Assembly (NCBI GenBank): GCA_964016885.1
Contig: CAXHJY010000704.1
Span: 20,892 to 84,891, forward strand
From: Eledone cirrhosa
Lineage: Eukaryota
Reading direction: 5' to 3'
DNA length: 64,000 nt
Position numbers and translations under genes: made by a program. Positions within the stretch are counted from its first letter, which is position 1; every line of letters starts with the position of its first letter. The notes below the pieces were generated by a model. It was not told the DNA's origin, made no database searches, and was given only the letters and a program-made list of their open reading frames with translations. Positions 49,791-61,948 of this stretch are shown piece by piece.

Positions 49791-50773
49791 TTTTGACTTT
49801 TTGTTTGTGTCAAAGTCCCAACAACCTCTCTAGTGTTGCTGATTCATATGATAAATACACTCACTACACTCTGTAAGGTGGTTGGTGATAGGAAGTGCAT
49901 TCCTCCATTGAAAACCTGCCAAACAAAGGGTCAGGAGAACACTTTAGCTGTATTAAAGATATGACAGCCTGTCTAGTGCTATACTAAAATACACCAAGTG
50001 TACTCTGTAGGGTGTCAGAACATATGTAAGTGAGATGCACACCTGCAACACATCCGAGAAGCCAGCAGTTCCAATAAAAACAGATTTTGTCTGTGATGAT
50101 TCATCCAAATCTTGCTGACAGGGAGAACGGATGTTAAATGAGGATAACATATTATTGTTATTGATATATATATGGATGAGATAGGAATTTTACCAAGTTT
50201 TACTCGATGAAATGTTTTTTCCTTTTGGATTATTTTTCAAACATTGGGCTTAATAACATCAGAACATCTATCTCAATATCTAAGATAAAAGTAATGTCTG
50301 TTTTTCAGAAAACATTTCTTGTTAATGTCTGGCATTATAGAAAAAAATCTGATACTGATATGTTTACGAGAGGACCAGCAAGAGGTATAAACAAGAGAGG
50401 CAGTAGCATGAGACGCTAGCTCAAAACAAATCACAGTAATACTTGATAAACATACTGAACTGAATTTACAAAAACACATATTTTTTTAAAGAAAGACAAA
50501 TACAAAAAAAAACAATATCAAAACAAACCCTCAGAGACAATCTTATGCTAGAAAAGTATAATTTTTGTAACATAAATATGAGCAATAACAACAATACACA
50601 GACACACTTTAACACTAATACAGAGACATTACTTGTCTGTGTAGTATCAAATGTTGAATATTTAGATGTAGTGAAAGCTCAGTCCAAAACAGACCAATGG
50701 CTACATTGTCTCCCAAAGGAGTGTTTCTCCCCAAAGAAAATATCCAGAATTGGACAGGAGAAAACTGATTTAA

Positions 50774-51217
50774 CCCTTTAACATTTACATTACTCTATAT
50801 ATACTATTGTATTTTCATTGTAAACAGTTTATTTCACATAATTATCTCACATAATATCGAATCTATGAGATTTTGATATTATTCATTTTGAGAACAATCA
50901 TCATCATCAGGTCGAGCTTGCTCGGCTTTCTACGACACGTTTCCTCCATCCATCTCTGTCTCTCATAGCGTTTGCCAGTTCTTCCGCAGTGTATCCAGCA
51001 TCGTCCTCAAGTTGCTTGACGTATGTCTTCTTGGGACGACCAGCGTTTCTTGCTCCATGAGATAGACTCCATAACAACACATCACCTGCTATTTCTTCCT
51101 TGCTGCGCCAACAGTGGCCAGACTTTAACATAAGTATGGGTGGTTGGTTATGGCCGGTTTGAACAGAAAGAGGTGAGAGGATTCTGGTCGGATACAGCCA
51201 GTTTGAATGCTAAAGGG
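50774..51217. mobile_element. piggyBac-like MITE carrying a nested 3' RTE-type fragment (50899-51123, minus strand)
   Basis: The TIRs are TTAA-flanked. The insert has a (CAT)n tail and ORF 50907-51131 (GHCWRSKEE...GRPKKTYVKQL...DRDGWRKRV). Confidence 0.8.
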
Positions 51218-52039
51218 TTAACTTTGTCTCACAAAGAGAGATGTACTGTGGTGGTGTGTGGGGGGGGGGGGGGGCTTATCTGTCCCTTCAAAAATTAATT
51301 TGTGATATCTGGACCAAGATTTTAAATAAACAAAAGGGCAACATATATGGAATTGTCTGCCTAACTTTCAAGGGTGAGGAGGAAGCAAAGGAAAAACCAG
51401 AAATAGTGCATGGAACCCCCTTCTCACAAGCTTGATCTCTAGTACATGAGGTCACCTGACACAAAAATAAGTTAGAGGTATAGTTAACCTTGGCAGGATT
51501 GACCCCCTATATCATAGTCACCATTGCTTAACAATATGAGCCTGTAATAAGTGCAAAAGTAATGAGAAATGAGACATGATTGGGAAGGGTCAGTATACAC
51601 TTGCAAGTACTCATAACTTTTCAGCACAACAAGGCTATTCCAGAATTTTGTCTCATCATGGGCACAGGATCAAAAGTGATGACTGACGATGCAGGGCAGA
51701 TGGGCCAGTTGGTACACTTGTGGCAGCAAAAGCCACTTGAAAACTTTCTGACATGAGGAGCTGAAATCAAGACCAAATAATTGTTTCTGCTTTTGGCACA
51801 AGACCAGCAATTATCCCAGAGCATTACTGGTACTTTATTTTATCGACCCCGTAAGGATGAAAGGCAAAGTTAACCATGGCGGGATTTGAACTCAGACCAA
51901 ATAATGAACAGCTTCCATGAATTTCTTCCATTGTGAGATATCCTGGGATTTGAGATAGGTAATAATCAGTTCATTTTGTTATTATTCCTAAGGCACTGAC
52001 AACCACAGGTATTGTTCTAGTCTTTGCCAATTTCTTACG

Positions 52040-52910
52040 TGGTCGATAAAATAAAGTACCAGTAATGCACTGGGTAATTGCTGGCCTTGTGCCAAAATGG
52101 CGGTGGATTGGCAGTAGTGGTAGAACGTTGGACAACATGCTTTGAGGTATGTAGTTACATTTCGAGTTCAAATCCCGCCAAAGTTAGCTTTGCCTTTCAT
52201 CCTTATGGGATCGATAAAATAAAGTAGCATTAATGCATGGGGGTCGATTTAATCGATTTTCCCTCCCCCAAAATTGCTGGCCTTGTGCCTAAATTAGAAA
52301 CCATTATTATTGTTATTATCATCATATTTTTTATGAGGCTTGTGGATTGGCAAAATAGTTAGAACATCAGAGAAAATGCTTTGCAATATTTGTTCCATCA
52401 TGTTACATTCTCAAAGTAAAATACTATTCAAGTATTGAAGTCAATTTAATCAACTTTCCACCCCTTCCAAATGGCTGAATTTGACACTAAATTAGAAATC
52501 ATTGTTGTTATTATTATGATCCCTTAGGACTGGTAGACTCGGTAGAACGTCGGACACCATGCTTTGTAGGATAGAGTTCAAATCCTGCCGGGGTTAACTT
52601 TGCCTTTCATCCTTACGGGGTCAATAAAATAAAGCACCAGTAACGTACTGGGGTCGATTTAATCAACTCTCCTCTCCTCCCAAATTACTGGCCTTGTGCC
52701 TATACTAGAAATCATTATTTTTAGTGGCAGTATCGGTAGAGGGTCGGATGCCATGCTTTGCAGCAAAGAGTTACGGCCCTTTATGGTCTGAGTTCAAATC
52801 CCGCCGAGGTTAACTTTGCCTTTCATCCTTACGGGGTCGATAAAATAAAGTACCAGTAATACACTGGAATAATTGCTGGCCTTGTGCCAAAAGTAGAAAC
52901 AATTATTTTT
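52040..52910 (+). mobile_element. Cluster of Meta-like SINE copies
   Basis: Four to five head-to-tail SINE units. Confidence 0.75.
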
Positions 52911-55794
52911 AGTATTATTAGTAGTTGTAGTAGTAGTTGTAGTAGTAGTAGTGGTGGTGGTGGTGGTGACACAGTCACAAGGCTGAAGGCAGGGCCTTTT
53001 TTTTATATTTCCTTGTACAAATGTTAATCCTCTCCATTCTAGAGGCCCTCCTTTAGATCTCTTTGAGTAAAGAAAAAGAAAAAGTAAAGAGTTGCTTAAT
53101 TGCTATAATTTGCATGCTGTGATCCTTAAAAAAAAAAAATATTAAGACATGAGATGAAGCAGTGGCCTCAACTACATCAGCTAAACTAAAAACAAAAAAA
53201 AATATTGTATTTAAAAAACAAGATCCGTCTACTCCACTAAATTTTCACAACAAATAATTATAATTGAAAACAAAACATGAAATGAATTTATTATTCTTAG
53301 AACTACATTGTCATAGAAAAACTGGAACTTCCAATTCTGAAGTGTTACATTTTATGTTATAATTAGCATGTTCAATATCTCCTCCAGGGCTAGCTTTTTT
53401 CACTGTAGTTAGGATTGATAAAAGTGCAAAACAGTGTTTTCTTCTGTTTTTGAAATATATATATTTTTTTTTTCGTTTTTGTTGTGTTTTCATCTCAGTT
53501 TCAAATGAGAGTTGCCAATTTTCCAATCAAACATCTAATAGTACACTACAAAATAGCTGCCAAATGTTCCTCAAATGATACAATTTCTTGAAAAAAATTA
53601 CATATTAGACTGCAAGGCCTAGATAGATTAGTCATGGCTAGGATGTCACTCACAGTTGGGGCATGATTCACATGGAGCCAAACAACAACCAGCCAACTAC
53701 AGAATCAACCAACATACATGATGTCACCTGAATTTTGAGTATCACCACCCTCTGACAAGTGTTAGTTCTCTCTGTGGTTCATGAACCTGAAGGAGATTAT
53801 TCATACCTCCTAGTCAGTGGTACTCTTGGTGGCAAATCACATTGCTAGTCATTTACCATAATGATATTAGGATATTTTAATATTCCTGAATGTTTATGCA
53901 AAGTGCCCAACCCACACTATAAAATGATCATGTAGGTGTCATTACAAAAAGCACCTAGTCCACGCTGTAAAGTGATCGTGTAGGTGTCACAACAAAAAGC
54001 ATTCAGTCCACACTGTAAAGTGGTCTGGTAGGTGTCGTGACAAAAAGCACCCAGACCATACTGTAACATACTCATGACAAAAAGCACTCAGTCCATGCTG
54101 TAAAGTGGTCTTGTAGGTGTCGTGACAAAAAGCACCCAGTACACTGTAAATGTGGTTGGCATTAAGGACATCCAGCCATAGAAACCAAGCCAGAATGAGA
54201 CAACCCATCTAACTCGTACTAGTGTGGAAAATAGACGTTCAACAATGATGATAATGATGATGGTGATGAACATGAACTCTACCATATGCATCACATGTGT
54301 ATTGAATAGTGTAACAGGTGGAACAGCTTCTTTTTTTTTTTAGAAAAATGCTTGTATGCAGCCTACTTTTCTAAATCTTTTAAACCCTATAGTTTACTTC
54401 TCTCCAGCTTCTATCTTTTTTCAAGACATTCCCACTCATCCAGAGAAACTGGCACTTTCTTAACATTCTAAACAATCACCATACCTGAATTTAGTTTTGA
54501 TTCATTGTGTTCATCATCCTGCAGTTCTTCAGAGAAGATTTGCTTAGAGAGATGTAATTCCTTCAAATGGCCTAGTGGTAAGGGTGTTGGACTTACAATC
54601 ATAATGTCATGTGTTTGATTCCTGGGCTGGGTTGTGTGTTGTGTTCTTGAGAAAAACACTTCATTTCATATTGCTCCAGTATATTCAGCTGAAAATTAGT
54701 ATCAGCAATAGCTGGGGGTTTAAACCTGTCCAGGGTGAAGTCTTGTACTCTCAGTTGTTTCATGCCATGAAACCAGGATAAGCACTGGATTGACGAGCCC
54801 CCTGGCTTGTGATAGACTTTAGACTAGACTAGAATAGATGTGAATCCTCCATTTAACAAGATGACCAGAGTAATGAAGGCAGTTATCTTATGATCAGAAG
54901 CTCGATACTTGGCAGTCAGGCACACTCAAGAAGTTTGGTATTTGGGATGTATGACTTCCAGTCACTGCAGAGGATATGTTACATCACTGATGAAAGTATT
55001 CCAGTATTTGACTTGCTGTTTAGAAGAGCCATCAGAATACATGCACAATATATGGAGATTTTGCTCATCATTTTTATGCCATGTTTGCACAAAAGATGCA
55101 CTTCAAACTTTGAAATGGTTGTTCATGCTTTTTCATCGAAGCTAGTTAACTAAGTTGATCAGAGCATAGTTCACATTACTAACAATATGACTTGTTGATC
55201 TAATGAGAGAAGTTCAATACAGTTGCTAAACCAATCAGATATAGCATCCAAATTCCCTCAAATCAACACCCACATCTTAAAAAAGAAATGACACTGGATA
55301 ATCTAGTCCTAGATATATTAAAGCATGAAGTGCTCATAGCTGGAGCTAATTTTATCATAGATCTGCTCAAATGGAGCTGACCTCAGGCTAAATAACAACA
55401 ATACATGCATAAATACAATTCTAAGAGTAAAGAAGAGGCTGTTTATAGTATGCAGTGTGTAGGAAGGATAGGTGATGGGTGATAAAACAGCCAGTTGCTT
55501 CTTGTACTTGTGTTGACATGATGTCTATTAGCAAAGTGCTACAAAACCTTAAACCAATTGATTATACAAACATGCAGAAGCAGTGCTATTCCCTGAGCTA
55601 ATATTGTCACAAAGTCAATCTAGTAGTCGAGAAGAGGCATGGATGAGAGCAGATATTGAGATATCCATTATGATTGATTTACACACACACGCACATCCAA
55701 CCCCTGCTACCAGGGAAAATGGATATTAAATGATGATAATGATGTTGCATACATACATACACATACATACACATGCATACATACATATATATAT

Positions 55795-55832
<38 letters not shown>

Positions 55833-56199
55833 TCACTATTGTTATTTCAACATCCACTTTCCCTGATAGCAAGGGATATTTATTATTATCATCATTTAAT
55901 GTCCACTTTCCTTGCTAGCAAGGATTTGTAACTATAGTTACAGGCGGTCTGCTGATTAAAGCACTCAATGCTGTTATGAGGTTCTGTCACGTGTGAGGTT
56001 TATATTTCTGTGTACTCCAGGGTTAACATGTAGAGTGTAAATACAAGCATGAACCAGCATTAAAGAGGCTGTCACATGCTCAGCCAGGCTGAAAAGTCCT
56101 CTCAGACCCTATAATTTCTCATAACAATGACACGAGGTTTAAATAAAGTGATTATTTAATGTGTATAGTTATGTTCTGTTGCTTTTTTTATTATTTAAT

Positions 56200-56752
56200 G
56201 TCAGTATTAGTAGAGTGTCGGACACCATGCTTTGTGGCATATAGTTACGTTCCTTTGTGTTCTGATTTCAAATCCCGGCAAGGTTAGTTTTGCCTTTCAT
56301 CCTTACAGGGTTGGTAAAATAAAATACTAGTAACACATTGGGGTCAATTTAATCGACTATCTCCTCCCCCAACATTGTTGACTTTGTGCCTAAATCAGAA
56401 ACCATTATTTCATGGTCTGAGTTCAAATCCCACCGAGGATAACTTTGCCTTTCATCCTTACGGGGTCGATAAAATAAAGTACCAGTAATACACTGGGATA
56501 ATTGCTGGCCTTGTGCCAAAAAGTAGAAACAATTATTTCATGTCAGTGTTAGTAGAGTGTTGGACATCATGCGTTGCAGCATATAGTTACGTCCCATTAT
56601 GTTCTGAGTTCAAATCCTATCGAGGTTAACTTTGCCTTTCATCCTTACAGGGTCGATAAAATAAAGTACCAGTAATACACTGGGGTCGATTTAATCAACT
56701 TTCCCCCCTCCTCAAATTGTTGGTCATGTGCCTAAATCAGAAAGCATTATTT
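56200..56752 (+). mobile_element. Cluster of three Meta-like SINE copies
   Basis: Head-to-tail SINE units that end in attattt. Confidence 0.75.
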
Positions 56753-57371
56753 TAATGCTTGTTCTTTAACACTGGAAATACTTTTTGGTAGTTAAGTTTT
56801 GTCTGAATTTATTGCATCTATGTTTGGTAATATTATTTGTTCTTCATTCACCTTAAGCTTTTTATCTTCTGTTATATACTTAGTTTTACATCTTTTATTA
56901 TAATGTTTGTTGTTCATATTTTGTTTTATACCTGGTACTTCATTTTTCGTTAAATTCTTGCATGTTCATATTTGGTTGGGTTCTTTGTTCTTCATCACTG
57001 CTTATATTATTCCTTGTTCATTTAACTATATTCTGCATTCTTCATCTTTCTTGTAAACTATTGGTCCATCATGTCTGAATATATTCTTGGTACATGCTCT
57101 TTGGTTCTATTCATTCTATTTTTCATATTTCCTCTTATGTTCGATTTTTCATATCTTTTTTTATACTTAGTACTTCATATATAATTACATTAGTACTATA
57201 TCTATTTTATATCAGTACTATTTCAATAGTTATATTAGTACTATATCTATAGTTACATTAGTACTATATAGTTACATTAGTACTATATCTAGGTTATATC
57301 AGTACTTTAACTATGGTTATATTATTGGTTGTTTATATTTGTTTTTAATTTTATCCATTCATATTAGGTGT

Positions 57372-58072
57372 TCTTCTGAGGTCTGCATCTTTGGTGCACC
57401 ATCTCCTACATCATCATTAGTTATCTTCTGAGGTTTGCATCTTTGGTGCACCATCTCCTACATCATCATTAGTTATCTTCTGAGGTCTGCATCTTTGGTG
57501 CACCATCTCCTACATCATCATTAGTTATCTTCTGAGGTCTGCATCTTTGGTACAGCATCTCCTACATCATCATTAGTTATCTTCTGAGGTTTGCATCTTT
57601 GGTGCACCATCTCCTACATCATCATTAGTTATCTTCTGAGGTCTGCATCTTTGGTACAGCATCTCCTACAACATCTTTAGTTATCTTCTGAGGTCTGCAT
57701 CTTTGGTACACCATCTCCTACATCATCATTAGTTATCTTCTGAGGTCTGCATCTTTGGTACAGCATCTCCTACAACATCATTAGTTATATTCTGAGGTCT
57801 GCATCTTTGGTACAGCATCTGCTACATCATCTTTAGTTATCTTCTGAGGTCTGCATCTTTGGTGCACCACTTGTTACATCATCTCAGGTGCATCACCTCT
57901 TACATCATCTTTAGTTATCTTCTGAGGTCTGCATCTTTGGTGCACCACCTCCTACAACATCATTAGTTATCTTCTGAGGTCTGCAACTTTGGTACACCAC
58001 TTGTTACATCATCTCAGGTGCATCACTTGCTACATTAACTTTAGCTCTCTTCTGAGATCTGCATCTTTGGTT
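57372..58072. repeat. 52-bp minisatellite, about 13 copies
   Basis: The unit tcttctgaggtctgcatctttggtgcaccatctcctacatcatcattagtta starts at 57372, 57424, 57476 and onward, with two 78-bp variant units at the end. Confidence 0.96.
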
Positions 58073-59220
58073 ACATTCAGTGCTCTACATCCATGTTGCT
58101 TTACTTATCCTCTCATCTTTGCTGATATTATTATTTCTCCATATAAAGTGGTTGCGCAGGTGTCACGACAAAAAGCACCTAGTCCACAGAGTAAAGTTGT
58201 CGTTTTGGTGGCACGTTAAAAAGCACCTAGTCTACATTGTAGAGTGGTTGAGGATTGGCAACCAGGGCAGTGAATTGGCAGTATCAGTAGAGGGTCAGAC
58301 ACCATGCTTTACATCATAGAGTTGCAGCCCCTTTACGGTCTGAGTTCAAATCCCACCGAGGTTAACTTTGTCTTTCATCCTTACGGAGTTGATAAAATAA
58401 AGGACCATTGGGGTAATTGCTGGCCTTGTTCCAAAAATAGAAACAATTATTATTTCTCCATTTATTATCATATTGACCCGATATATCGTTTTATTCAGTT
58501 ATTCACCTTTGATGATATTGTTTCTTGCTTCTTCAGGTTTAATTACACTGTTCTTCCTAGTTTATTGTTCTTGTATGGCTGTTGTCATTCTTCAATATTG
58601 GAATATAATCATATTCTTTAGTTATGTTCTTCTTTGGTTATATAATGTCATTGGCTTCATATTTGCTTGTCTTTGGTTGTCTTCAACTTGAGTCATCTGT
58701 TTCTGTATCGGCATTTTTGTGTTTAGATTTGGTTTTATGTTTTTCATCATCATCATCATCATCTTCATCATCATTGTTTAACCTCTATTTTCCATGCTAG
58801 CATGGGTTAGAGGGGTTGTCCCATTTGAGGCAAGTCAGTTCAAGTGATTGTGTTTTGCTCATACAGCACCGTCTCTGGTGTGGTTTCTATGGTTGGATGC
58901 CCTTCCTAATACCAACCGCATTTACAGTGTGTGCTGGGTGATTTTAGTAGTGACACCAACAAGCCACTTTACAGTATGGACTGGGTGCGTTTTGTTGTGA
59001 CACCTACACAACCACTTTACAATGTAGACTGGGTACTTTTCATAGTGTCACCAAAATGACCACTTTACAGTGTGTGTTGGGTGCTTTATAATGTGATACT
59101 GTAGTGTGAGGTGGGTGCTTTTTGTCATATATATATATATATATACCTACGGTATACATTGATGCAATTCAATTGAAGCACTCAACATACTTTTTCCACA
59201 TAGGAATGGCAAAGTATATT

Positions 59221-59640
59221 TAGAATAGGAAAATGCGAAGTAGTTTCAGATATTAAAGTCATTTATTCATAAGGCTGTGATACATATTTCAATAACAGTG
59301 GCCACGCAATTCCATGTACCCAGTGCCATGCTCTCATCAGACAGCTTCTTACATGATAAGATTATGTTCCCGAGGCAATCCAAATTGAAACAACAAGGGA
59401 ACAGACAAAGATGATGTCCTTGAAGCCTTCACCTGTTCCCCTGTCATTTTTGTTCGTTCCCCTGTCGTTTCAATTTGGATTGCCTTGGGAGCATAACCTT
59501 ATTATGTAAGAAGCTGTCCGATGAGAGCATGGCACTGGGTGCGCGGAATCGCGTGGCCACTGTGGTCATTGAAATATGTATCACAGCCTTATCAATAAAG
59601 GACTTTAACATCTGAAACTACTTCGCATTTTCTTATTATA
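59221..59640. mobile_element. Fold-back element with an outward-facing hammerhead in each arm, next to (TA)n
   Basis: The ~190-bp arms are reverse complements around a short loop (about 59415-59440). Confidence 0.82.
59274..59345 (-). ncRNA. Type-I hammerhead motif with an intact core (AUC triad)
   Basis: The minus strand reads GCTGT-CTGATGA-(long stem II)-GAAA-TATGTA-TC-ACAGC, with a perfect 5-bp stem I. The mirror copy at 59513-59587 (+) has CCGATGA. Confidence 0.72.
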
Positions 59641-61948
59641 TATATATATATATATATCCAGGGAGTGTAACGTGAAGTTACTGTAGGTTAACTCACTAAC
59701 CTACAATGCCTCCATTCATTCAAGGCAGCATGACCAAGAAAGTGAATAAAGAGAGAGCAATAACAAAAAAAAAAAAACAGTGAATGGGTGAGGTGTAGGA
59801 ATGGTAGAATGTGAGTCAGTGTGACAAAGTGAAGAGAAATGCACAACAGACAGTATTAGAGGGAATATATAGAGTGTTTATTCTAGGCAAGTTTAGCCAG
59901 AGAAGCAATTATGGAGATCTAACTGACCTCCAGACAATGACATACTTATGGGGCCCCAAATAATAGAGGTGGGTGGGTGGAATATGTGGGGGTGGAGGCA
60001 GAAAATCAATAATTTTTCTAAGTCGTCCCTGTTGATTTTTTTTTTTTAAACCAGAATTAGCCATTTAGTTTACATACTGAGATCCTATTCTATCCTATTT
60101 ATTTTATAACACATGAGATTTCTAGTAATGTTCTTTTTTTTTTTTGTGATGTATAATGTTTTATAATGTCTAAAAAAAATTAATCATCGCAGGATAGCTA
60201 CCACTTAAAATGAAGTTTCACCAGGGATAGAGTAACAAAATTTAATAAGCTTAGGGGATGGCGGGGAAGGGATTATTCGAGAGCCTAGATTATATATAGA
60301 GGTTTTCATACATTAAAATATCATTTTGTTACTAAATTTTTCAATATAGTAAAATTCATATTTCTTTTGTGAAATTTATTATGTCGTTACAGCTGATATT
60401 AAACAAATGTTCACATAGCTTTAAGCTATGTGAACAATTTATTACAAAGGACAGGTGATATAAATTGTAATCTTTACAGTATGGCTTTTCTCTTTTATTT
60501 ATTTGCATTAACAGAACATTTGACACCCTACACATTTCATTTCAAATACAAGTAATCAAAAATTCATTCCAGATAAGAGAAAGAGAGAAAATGAAAGAAA
60601 ACATTAGGCTAGTGTTATCAAATTGCAACAGTGTCAAGCTTTAACAAGTTTTTCGCTCTAGGATGAAAGGAGAAGTTGTTTGCTACTAGGAAAACCTTCA
60701 AAAGAAAAACCCTGTTTAGAGATTTCATCTCACAGATGTTTGCCAGGCAGAGAAAGATGCAGTAGTTAGGTGGCAGACTATTTAGTGACAGAGTGACACC
60801 CAGAGTAGATTGGAAGTTCCAAGGAAAAAAATGTTTTTGTTTGTTTCTTATCAAGCTTTCAATGGAGTATTATATTAACAAAATATTGTTTATAAGACAT
60901 GTAACCAGATTGTTATGAAGATTGGATTACATAAATTGCAATTTACACACAATTTCATGACCCCACCCCCTCCTCCACACACACACATACATACATACAC
61001 ATATACTTATCATTATCATCCTCACCATCATCATTTAATGTCTGCTTTTCAGGTTAGCAAGGTTTGGATGGATTGTCACTAACTAATCATTGTCATTATC
61101 ATCATTAACATCTGTTTTCCTTGCTGCCAATAGTTGGAAGAATTAGCCTCACAGATGGGCTAGGGGCTGCACCTTGCTTGTATGTATTTTATACTGGGTG
61201 CATTTTTATCATTGCACCAGCAGTAGGCAGGTTGTCATGCCCTTGACATAAGTTAAGAATCCTCTCAACCCTTTGTTTTCTAAGTTATCTATGACTTGAT
61301 GCCCTTCATAACAGCTGGTGTTTTAATACCTCTGAAGAAGCAGTGACCTAAGGAGTCAGACCATACAGTTATGTAACGTTACATACTTGAGGATAGTATT
61401 TAGCCTGATCACTGCTAAAATGTGCATAACAAAATAAACATATGTTAGAGTTATGGTAAGGTTCGAAGACCTTAACTGGCCTACACTGGTACAATGTTAC
61501 TGCAGACAATCCAATTGATGCCTCCTATCAGATAGATGCATGTATAACAACATTGTGTACCAGTGCAGAATTACAACAAGCCTAGGGACATACAGACATG
61601 TGGGGGCCACATCTAGAATTTTAAAGAGAAGATGATATACGCACACCCACTCTTTTAAATCAAATGATAGAAATAATTGTTTCTACTTTAGGCACAAGGC
61701 CAGCAATTACCCAGTGCATTACTGGTACTATGTTTTATCGACCCCCGTAAGGATGAAAGGCAAAGTCAACCTCGGCGGGATTTGAACTCAGATCGTAAAG
61801 GGACGTAACTATGCTGGAAAGCATGGCGTCCGACCCTCTACCGATACTGCCAATCCACCGCCCTTGATAGAAATAATGAAAGAATATAGATATATACATA
61901 TAATATATATATAAACACGACAGACACAGAGTTATAGATACACATTAA

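Noticed and set aside
53311-53404. Possible minus-strand exon after a ctaac...cag acceptor (VKKASPGGDIEH...)
   Set aside because: It shows no similarity to the expected upstream PNPT1 exon, has no strong donor site and runs into a stop.
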